Source of the DNA: a virus
Reading direction: 5' to 3' (one strand)
Length of the DNA stretch: 64,000 nucleotides
Virus record (IMG/VR): IMGVR_UViG_3300033146_005596
Coordinates: 1 to 64,000 of that record
Position numbers and translations under genes: made by a program. Below the pieces are notes generated by a model, which worked only from the letters and a program-made list of their open reading frames with translations, ran no database searches and was not told the DNA's origin. Position 1 is the first letter of the stretch. Each line of letters opens with the position of its first letter. Positions 18,895 to 26,103 of the stretch are shown piece by piece.

Positions 18895-20163
18895 TTAAAA
18901 CTCTTGGCCACATCTGGGACAAACAAAGTTTAGCTCAATATCAGAAATAGCTCCACAAACTGGACAGGCTGCGGGTGAATTACCCTCAAAATAGTCTATT
19001 CGAGTTTCATCTGCAAATTTGACATTATCTTTTTCAGCTTGAGTCATTTTATCCCAGCCCTTAAGTGCTGAGGTATCAACAGCTGGTGCTGACTCAACTG
19101 GCTTTCTAGTAGGTACTTCCCTAGTTGAGACTTCAGCTTCAGCTGGAGCTTCAGAAGTTGATGTTACTGGTGCAGCGGTACCAACTTCCTCATTTAGCTT
19201 TTGCATTTCTTTAGGCTCATTCTCTTTAGCATTTGCTTCAGACTCCACAGTCTCTGCATCAACAAGTTCCTTGAGCTCTTCCAAGAAATTTGTGCCTAAA
19301 GCAATATCAATTTGGCTAATCTTTTTCTTAAGGCGGTTATACAACTTTGTAGCTTTTGAAAAGCCATAGACTTTTTCAATGTTTACTTTTTTCCAGGAAA
19401 GCTCTTCTTCAGAAAGAGGCCCTTCAACAACATACTGCTTTTTATCCTCTGGAACTTCCTCCATGTGCTTTTCAGCATTGATAACTCTATAAGGATTTTC
19501 TTTAAGTCCTAGCCTTTCAACTCCAACATCATAGTTTTTCCAGTCGCCATAGTACTGAAATAGATTATGAGCGATTGGTCCTAGAAATCCATAAGCAGGT
19601 ACTCCAGTATCTGCGAATACTCTTCCATCAGGAAGTGTGTTGATATTTTTGCTCAAAATCATCAACTGCTTTTTTTCTTTATGCCAATCCATCTGCTCAC
19701 GGTCTATAACGTTAACAATTACAACTTCTTGTCCACCCCAACCTCTATCCCACATTCCTTGGGGAGTTTTGGAACTGAAACCATTCTTTGTTACCATCTT
19801 CAAAATGTCTTTGTGGGTCTTTTCAAGCTTAAGAATCTTTTTACCATCAACCCAGTCCGATTCAGTAACTCTATTAAGTATCTTCCACATGATATGGTCT
19901 ACTGACTGAGGGTCTTCTTTGGTAGGAAAAATATACCTGAACTTTTTACCATTATCCCCAACAATCATAGTTGTTCTAACGGTTCTAGCACAATACTCAT
20001 CTTTATTAGAGTTTGGTGCTCCACTTACAAATCTTAGAATCTTTGTTGTATTTTTTTCAAGCCCTGAATAAAAAATCTCTTCATAACTTCCAGTCTTACC
20101 TGATGATTTAGGCTTGTTCTCTTCCTGCTTTACTTGTGCGACGTACGCTTCAAAATCGTCCAT
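18895..20163 (-). CDS. gp32-like single-stranded DNA-binding protein with C-terminal Zn ribbon
   Basis: KILRFV, IVNVIDRE, YDV, acidic/Pro-rich linker, CPVC...CPRC; replication context. Confidence 0.6.
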   Translation of the reverse strand: MDDFEAYVAQVKQEENKPKSSGKTGSYEEIFYSGLEKNTTKILRFVSGAPNSNKDEYCARTVRTTMIVGDNGKKFRYIFPTKEDPQSVDHIMWKILNRVTESDWVDGKKILKLEKTHKDILKMVTKNGFSSKTPQGMWDRGWGGQEVVIVNVIDREQMDWHKEKKQLMILSKNINTLPDGRVFADTGVPAYGFLGPIAHNLFQYYGDWKNYDVGVERLGLKENPYRVINAEKHMEEVPEDKKQYVVEGPLSEEELSWKKVNIEKVYGFSKATKLYNRLKKKISQIDIALGTNFLEELKELVDAETVESEANAKENEPKEMQKLNEEVGTAAPVTSTSEAPAEAEVSTREVPTRKPVESAPAVDTSALKGWDKMTQAEKDNVKFADETRIDYFEGNSPAACPVCGAISDIELNFVCPRCGQEF

Positions 20164-20276
20164 ACTATTATGGTTCTCCTTGTTCCTATTACTTTCTAAT
20201 AGGTTTTTCTATTGGTGTGTCAAAACTAAAATTATTATAACTTCTATAACTTAATTTTAGTAGCTACTTACTATTA

Positions 20277-20305
20277 TATAATAAGGCGTTTTTCTGTATT
20301 TCTTA
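20277..20305 (-). promoter_or_regulatory. class II promoter
   Basis: TAAGAAAT-N11-CCTTATTATA. Confidence 0.65.
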
Positions 20306-20312
20306 CAAGACC

Positions 20313-22301
20313 TTATAAAATAATTTCTCCATTTACAACCTTCACAACCTGGCAATTATCCGTACCAGTTAAAATATCAATAACTTTTTCCTTATGGGTT
20401 ATCACAATAACTTGTTGAAAGTCCTTTAAATTAGATAATAAGGCGTAAAACTTTTCTGAGTTCTCCATATCAGCTGCTGAATCGATCTCATCCAATACTA
20501 ATATTTCTATGTTAAACATCTTTGCTAGAGAGGCTTGAAAAGCTAGGGATATAAGCTCAGATTCAAACCCAGAAGCATTTGAAACTTTTGCCCATATTCC
20601 ATTATTTAAGGGTGAATATAAGAAATCGATACCTTTCTTATTAGAAGTTAACTTTACTGGAAATGAAGCTTTAACCTCATTGATAAACCTGTTCATAGAG
20701 TTTTCCAGAACAGTACAAGCTTTCATTATTGCAAAGTTTGGTATGGTAATTTCTATAATATTTTTAGCGGTTAACATATCCTCAATTTTACTATCTATCT
20801 CTTTGATTTCCTTTTTCAGTTTTAATACTTCTTTTTTATTTTTTCGCTTGTCCAACAAAATCTTTTTATTAAGCTTCTCATATAGGTTATTCTTTTCAAT
20901 TTTAGCTTGCTCAGTTTTTAAGTCAATACCTTGAACCTCTAATTTTGCTTTAAGCTCTTTTAATTCTTTGGTACCAGAAAATTCAGCCTTTTCCAAGTCT
21001 TTTAAATTCTTTAGCTCTTTTTCTAAAAAAGATAGGTTGTCAGTTACTGATTTTGTAGCTTCAAATATATCTATATTCAATAACTTTTCTTGTGCTTCAA
21101 TCTCTGTTTTTACTTCAGCTATTCTTTTATTTAATGGCTCAATGCTCTCTTCTAAAACTGTTACTTTTTCAATGTTTTTTGTTAAAACATTTATTTTTGC
21201 TGCAGAACTCTTAATATTTACTTCAAACGCAGATATATAGCTTTTCTTTTCAGAAATCAAATCAGCTAAGTTTTCAACAGATTGTTTACATACTGAGCAT
21301 TTACCATCATGTAAAAAGGTCAAATCATTCTTTAAAGTTTTAATATGAGCTTTTGTATTAGCTAGTATTGCTTTTTCATCTTCCTTTTCTGATTTCAGTA
21401 TTTTACTAGAATCAGCATTTTCAAGAGCGTCTAAAACCTGTTGTAGGCTTAATTTGAGGCCTGATTGCTCGGAAGTTTTATTAGAAATAATTAACTGTAC
21501 ATTATTAGCTTTTGAGATTAAGTTGTTGAGCCGATTTGTATTTTCAAATATTTGTTGCTCGAGGCCATCTTTTTTAATTTTATTATTCTCCACATTAGCC
21601 TGATAGTTATATTCTATTTTCTGAGTCTCTAAATCTTTTACTCTCTTTGCTAAACTATTGATGGAAGACTCTAACCTTTTTATTTGTACCTCAGTTTTAA
21701 CATTTTCTAGTATATGCTCCTTAAACTCTAACCCAGCTATATGTTCAGACTTACTAGCAATTTTTATACTATTATCTCTTGTATCTTGTATATCAGAGTT
21801 AAGCTTAGATACTGGGTCTACAAAATTAAAGCTGATTACCTTCTTTAGAAGTTCCCTTCTTTCTGAGGGTGACATATCAGAAATATTTTGTGAGTTCTGA
21901 TGACTAAATATAATTTTATCTATAAAGTTAATATCAATTAGCTGTTTGAGCATTCTCTTAGCTTCTGAATTTTTATATTCTTTTCCTTTATACTTTATAA
22001 ACTTACCGCCACCTCCGGTGCTTGACTTTTCAGGAACAATTCTTGTCCTTATGAGCATTGGCTCATTATGTACTTCTAGCAATAACTCAGATTCACAATA
22101 ATTGGTACCATGTTTTATATACTCTTTATATGAGCCAGATCGTCTGTAGTCTGATAAACACAAAGCAATACCTTGTAAAACTGTACTTTTACCTGAGCCA
22201 TTCCTGCCTATTATTAAAGTAAATAAATTCTTATCTAGCTCAATTTCAGCATGGTCAATTCGCCCAAAGTTTGTTAATGTTATCTTATTTAATCTCAGCA
22301 T
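20313..22301 (-). CDS. sbcC: SbcC/Rad50 (gp46-like) ATPase
   Basis: GRNGSGKST, coiled coil with CSVC hook, ASGFE signature, LVLDEIDSAAD, ITH. Confidence 0.92.
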   Translation of the reverse strand: MLRLNKITLTNFGRIDHAEIELDKNLFTLIIGRNGSGKSTVLQGIALCLSDYRRSGSYKEYIKHGTNYCESELLLEVHNEPMLIRTRIVPEKSSTGGGGKFIKYKGKEYKNSEAKRMLKQLIDINFIDKIIFSHQNSQNISDMSPSERRELLKKVISFNFVDPVSKLNSDIQDTRDNSIKIASKSEHIAGLEFKEHILENVKTEVQIKRLESSINSLAKRVKDLETQKIEYNYQANVENNKIKKDGLEQQIFENTNRLNNLISKANNVQLIISNKTSEQSGLKLSLQQVLDALENADSSKILKSEKEDEKAILANTKAHIKTLKNDLTFLHDGKCSVCKQSVENLADLISEKKSYISAFEVNIKSSAAKINVLTKNIEKVTVLEESIEPLNKRIAEVKTEIEAQEKLLNIDIFEATKSVTDNLSFLEKELKNLKDLEKAEFSGTKELKELKAKLEVQGIDLKTEQAKIEKNNLYEKLNKKILLDKRKNKKEVLKLKKEIKEIDSKIEDMLTAKNIIEITIPNFAIMKACTVLENSMNRFINEVKASFPVKLTSNKKGIDFLYSPLNNGIWAKVSNASGFESELISLAFQASLAKMFNIEILVLDEIDSAADMENSEKFYALLSNLKDFQQVIVITHKEKVIDILTGTDNCQVVKVVNGEIIL

Positions 22302-22325
22302 AACTATTTATATCTCCTATACTAC

Positions 22326-22397
22326 TATAATAAGGTGGAAAACAAGATTTTTAATTTATTTTGTTAAAAAGTATATGTTTCACCTTATTATAATAAT
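22326..22397. promoter_or_regulatory. divergent pair of class II promoters
   Basis: - strand 22326-22353 TAAAAAT-N11-CCTTATTATA; + strand 22365-22397 TAAAAAG-N11-CCTTATTATAATAAT directly before ATG. Confidence 0.7.
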
Positions 22398-22823
22398 ATG
22401 ATAACGATAAAAAAAGAAAAGAAAAACAGGCCTATTACTGAGCAAGAGTTTAATATTCTTAAAGAGACTAAACCATTTAAGGACTTAAGAAAAAATGCAA
22501 AGCAATGTTTTCCAGTAACAGCTAATACAGAAGTATTGACAGATATTGGGTATATTAATCTAGCACAAATTATTGATAAAATTGATACATCTTGGCTTGG
22601 TTCAGCTAAGGATTTTATAAAGATTATTGGCCGTGATGGTAAACCAAAAAAAGTATTAGGTACTATCAAAGAGGATAACCACTATATAATAGAGTTTAGT
22701 CTTGCAAACGGAGATATACTCAGATATTCTTGGGCTCATTTATGCCCTATTATTAGAGATGATGTTGAAATGTTGGTACCAGCAATTGATGTTCAAAGTA
22801 CAGATGAGTTCTTAGAATTTTAG
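22398..22823 (+). CDS. polA: 36-aa PolA fingers fragment fused to a split-intein N-half (105 aa)
   Basis: ...KDLRKNAKQ|CFPVTANTEVLTDIG (block A)...LRYSWAH (block B)...AIDVQSTDEF; RxxxK supplies the first half of motif B. Confidence 0.88.
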   Translation: MITIKKEKKNRPITEQEFNILKETKPFKDLRKNAKQCFPVTANTEVLTDIGYINLAQIIDKIDTSWLGSAKDFIKIIGRDGKPKKVLGTIKEDNHYIIEFSLANGDILRYSWAHLCPIIRDDVEMLVPAIDVQSTDEFLEF

Positions 22824-22882
22824 CTCTTTTTCAATTTTGTACTTATTTAATAAGAAACAAATTAAAGGACAAAGAGAAGTTT

Positions 22883-23620
22883 ATGAATATATCAAGATTC
22901 TTAGAAGCTGTATCTGGATTTGATGACTACTTAGATAAAAGAAGTATTGAACGGGCAGAAAAATATGCTCAAGACAAAACTGACCTAGAAATATTGACTG
23001 ATGCTAAAGAGGGCAAACGTAATGCTCTGGTATATATTTATCATCAAGGTAAAAAAATTATTACTCATGTGTTTTGGAAATATTTTATGGGGCCAAATAA
23101 ACGATTTGCCCAGAAGAGAATTCTCTCTGGTGATGATAAGTTATTTGCTGCAGAGGCATTTTTATTGTTAGCTGGTAACTCTGATATAGTTGTAGGTAAC
23201 GGGCCATTAGGTACGTTTAACCCAGAAATATATAAGCCACACGACCAGATTAAAAAGTTCAATTATTATTTTGAACGGTATTTAATGCGTATGGCTTTTT
23301 CTATTATTAGTGAGAGAAAAAGACGTGGTATGACAGGACAAGGTGCTGCTGAAAAAGTTTCAATTTCTTCTTATGATACCTATGGTGATAATATTGAGCC
23401 AGAGGGTAATCATGCTAATGACCATTTAGAAATGGAAGATGCTATTAAAGATTTTATTTCTAAGTTAAAAGGAAAAAGAAAAGAGGTTATGTCACTTAGA
23501 ATGAAAGGTAAGGACTATCAAGAAATTGCAGATATTATGGGTTATTCAAATCTAAGAACTGTGGAGAGAATTGTTAAAGATTTAGGTAAAGATTTTAAAG
23601 CTGAGTATGGCTTAGCTTAA
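22883..23620 (+). CDS. sigma70-family-like factor (region 2-like segment plus region 4 HTH)
   Basis: AKEGKRNALVYIY, FNYYFERYL, LKGKRKEVMSLRMKGKDYQEIADIMGYSNLRTVERIV. Confidence 0.7.
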   Translation: MNISRFLEAVSGFDDYLDKRSIERAEKYAQDKTDLEILTDAKEGKRNALVYIYHQGKKIITHVFWKYFMGPNKRFAQKRILSGDDKLFAAEAFLLLAGNSDIVVGNGPLGTFNPEIYKPHDQIKKFNYYFERYLMRMAFSIISERKRRGMTGQGAAEKVSISSYDTYGDNIEPEGNHANDHLEMEDAIKDFISKLKGKRKEVMSLRMKGKDYQEIADIMGYSNLRTVERIVKDLGKDFKAEYGLA

Positions 23621-23632
23621 GGAGAAAGAGTA

Positions 23633-24106
23633 ATGAGAAAAGATTTTAGAGAAGACTATGCACATACTTTAAGTGCAGGCGAAAAACCATGGAGAAAAGA
23701 TGTTAGGGACCAACGAGCTAGAAATCATGCTAAGATGAAAGCTAAGTTTGCTAATCAACCTGCTGAGCCACGGCCAGAATGGTCTGATGAGTTTAGAGCT
23801 AATCATCTGGAATGGCGTAAAAAACTACACAAACTCGGTAAGTTAACCGCTCCACTTGGAAAGTATTCAGACGAGACTCCACAAGAGCGGAGTGAGAGAA
23901 TAAATGCATTGCCTCAAGAGGCTTGGGCTATTCCTGAAAACACAAAAAGAGTACAAGTTAAAATTTTAAAAGAGTTCAGAATACCTGGTACCAACATCTT
24001 AATAGAGGCTGGAGACATTTTAGAGGTTAACTCTGATGTTGATGAGTTTGATGAGTTTGAGACGGACCTACCTGAAGGATTTAAAATGGCTCAATTTGCT
24101 AAATAA
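23633..24106 (+). CDS. putative capsid-internal protein with FRIPGTNILIEAGD module
   Basis: motif shared with 8686 and 37774; SD AAGGAG. Confidence 0.6.
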   Translation: MRKDFREDYAHTLSAGEKPWRKDVRDQRARNHAKMKAKFANQPAEPRPEWSDEFRANHLEWRKKLHKLGKLTAPLGKYSDETPQERSERINALPQEAWAIPENTKRVQVKILKEFRIPGTNILIEAGDILEVNSDVDEFDEFETDLPEGFKMAQFAK

Positions 24107-24131
24107 AATAAATCAATTCTAATTGATTTTT

Positions 24132-24175
24132 GCTCCTAGACCTTAAAGTTATAACAAAGGGTCTAGGAGCTTTTT
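24132..24175 (+). terminator. intrinsic terminator
   Basis: GCTCCTAGACCTT...AGGGTCTAGGAGC-TTTTT. Confidence 0.8.
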
Positions 24176-24197
24176 ATTCGCTGTTTTGAAAAAGAGC

Positions 24198-24227
24198 AAA
24201 AAACTAGGCACTCACTAATGAGTGCCT
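24198..24227 (-). terminator. intrinsic terminator
   Basis: AGGCACTCA-CTAA-TGAGTGCCT with a U-tract on the - strand. Confidence 0.7.
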
Positions 24228-24237
24228 CACTTAACTT

Positions 24238-24468
24238 TTAACCAATTTGTTGTTTTAAGATTAGGCTTGTATAGTTATAGACAGCATTTCTAGGTATGTT
24301 ATTTTTAACTGCGAATCTTTCTATGTCTTCATTAGTCAATTCATAACCATTCAATGCTGGATACAATAAGTCAAACACAACCATATCACTTAGCTCATAG
24401 ACATCTGCAAAAGTTTCTAGTGAATATCTTGCAGCTATTGTCATTTCGTTAAAACCATTTATAACCAT
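24238..24468 (-). CDS. hypothetical early protein
   Basis: 76 aa, SD AGGAGG, class I promoter at 24482-24517. Confidence 0.7.
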   Translation of the reverse strand: MVINGFNEMTIAARYSLETFADVYELSDMVVFDLLYPALNGYELTNEDIERFAVKNNIPRNAVYNYTSLILKQQIG

Positions 24469-24733
24469 TCTTTCCTCCTTTTATAATATAACGTGCTTCT
24501 CAGTAATTGTGTAAAAATCCTCACAATTATTGGATAGGAGGATACTTAATTGTGAAGTTTTTATCAAAACAAAAAATTTCATTTTTTACTTAAACTTTTG
24601 TTTAACTTACACCCCTACTATATAATTTTCGTCTTCATTCACAGTAATATTTTTCCTAATATTTAATTAGCCTTTTTAGAAGTGAGGCTTTAATACCAAG
24701 ATACTTATTAAACATATTACTAGGAGATTAAGA

Positions 24734-25813
24734 ATGAAAATTGAAATGGATAATGAACAAGTTAAAAGTTTAAAAGCAGTTGAAAAAAGCATGAGTACTA
24801 AAATAGAAGCACCAGCTGGATATTATGAGGTAGAGCTATCTACTCAAGGAAAGGTTGGAGCTCCAGCTTCAGTCCTTGTTAAAAACTTTGGAGCTTCTGA
24901 AATATTAACTTTATCAACTTTAGAAAATGAAGATTTGCCTGAAAAAGTTTCTGGAGTACTACAAGGACTATTATGGAATCCAGACAAAGATATAAACATC
25001 TTGGACTGGGACGAACGCGAGATTGTAGAACTATTAGTAAAAATGTACAAAATGTTTTTCGGCCCAGCCTTTACAGGTATTACTTGGGAGATGCAAGATT
25101 CTGACTGGAGTTATATTGAAGAGAAAGAAGGCAAGCAAAAAATGCTTGATAAGAAAGATGCATATATAAATGATAGATGGAAGCCTACTTTTGATATAGA
25201 CCTGACCAATTTACAGTTTTATGAAGTGCCTAAAGAGCATAAGCTAGAATATTCAATCACCTCTAAAAAAAGAAATTTTAGTGTGACATTTGGGTACCCA
25301 AAGTTTGGAGATGTATTAGCTATTAAAAAGTTTATAGAAAAAGCCTTTGAGGTACAAGATAAAAGATGGGCTAAAACAAGAGAAATTTTAGAGTACAAGC
25401 AAAGGGCTATTCAGGAGTTTGAGTCTGGAAAAGATGTTAATCTAAGCCGTATCCCTGATATAACAGAAGCTGATAAAAAAGCTTTCAAAGCTTATGAAAA
25501 TAATAAAATTGATTTTGCAATTCAAGTAACTAAAGCTTTGTATGTAAGAGAATTTGATGGACAAGATTTACGTAATGCAACCTTAGCCGAAAGAGTTGAG
25601 GCTGTAAAAGATGATGTCAGATTTGATTTTGGAATGACAAAAGCTATTGATAGAGCTAATGCTCAATTTAAAATAGGAATAAACGATGAGCTAGTACTTG
25701 ATAATCCTATTACACTTAGAGCTGAAACAAGGAGGTTGCCCTTTCAACTTTATACTATACTTCAGGCCATTGGAAATGACGACTCTGATGACTATACTAT
25801 TTCAACTGACTAA
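24734..25813 (+). CDS. tail assembly chaperone / baseplate hub assembly protein (gp26- or G-like)
   Basis: VELSTQGK, FDIDL, FGYPKFGD; directly upstream of the tape measure gene. Confidence 0.6.
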   Translation: MKIEMDNEQVKSLKAVEKSMSTKIEAPAGYYEVELSTQGKVGAPASVLVKNFGASEILTLSTLENEDLPEKVSGVLQGLLWNPDKDINILDWDEREIVELLVKMYKMFFGPAFTGITWEMQDSDWSYIEEKEGKQKMLDKKDAYINDRWKPTFDIDLTNLQFYEVPKEHKLEYSITSKKRNFSVTFGYPKFGDVLAIKKFIEKAFEVQDKRWAKTREILEYKQRAIQEFESGKDVNLSRIPDITEADKKAFKAYENNKIDFAIQVTKALYVREFDGQDLRNATLAERVEAVKDDVRFDFGMTKAIDRANAQFKIGINDELVLDNPITLRAETRRLPFQLYTILQAIGNDDSDDYTISTD

Positions 25814-26021
25814 ATATACTGGCAATACTTTAGAGTCTTTATTGAGATTGTCAATTGATAAAGTTTTAAATCAGCACAAATGTTTACAGAAGCATATAGA
25901 AAAAGAAAATGAGGAGCAATCTGGAGAGTCCTCAACTATGCCAAGCATGGGTAGTGTTAGCTCTTCTATGAGTTCTATAAGCTCTGGATTTTCTAGTGGA
26001 TTTAACATGCCAAGTATTTAA
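25740..26021 (+). CDS. gp51/T-like extension, probably reached by +1 frameshift
   Basis: +1 frame PFNFILYFRPLEMTTLMTILFQLTKY...LQKHIEKENEEQ; AGGAGG-TTG-CCC-T at 25730-25742. Confidence 0.6.
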   Translation, partial: PFNFILYFRPLEMTTLMTILFQLTKYTGNTLESLLRLSIDKVLNQHKCLQKHIEKENEEQSGESSTMPSMGSVSSSMSSISSGFSSGFNMPSI

Positions 26022-26027
26022 AAAAAT

Positions 26028-26065
26028 AAAAAGACTAGTACTAGTTTCTTAAGTACTAGTCTTTT
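26028..26065 (+). terminator. intrinsic terminator
   Basis: AAAAGACTAGTACT...AGTACTAGTCTTTT. Confidence 0.75.
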
Positions 26066-26103
26066 ACTTTACAACTTTAATCTAAAAAATGGACTAATTA
26101 AGT

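Noticed and set aside
15377-22401. Invertible segment that would reassemble polA at DNA level
   Set aside because: The inverted 20-mers are promoter copies at both gene starts; inversion would not fuse the coding parts, and no recombinase is seen
22398-22430. Ultra-short Int-C at the start of the middle PolA fragment
   Set aside because: MITIKKEKKN is followed by Arg, not Cys/Ser/Thr, and has no penultimate His
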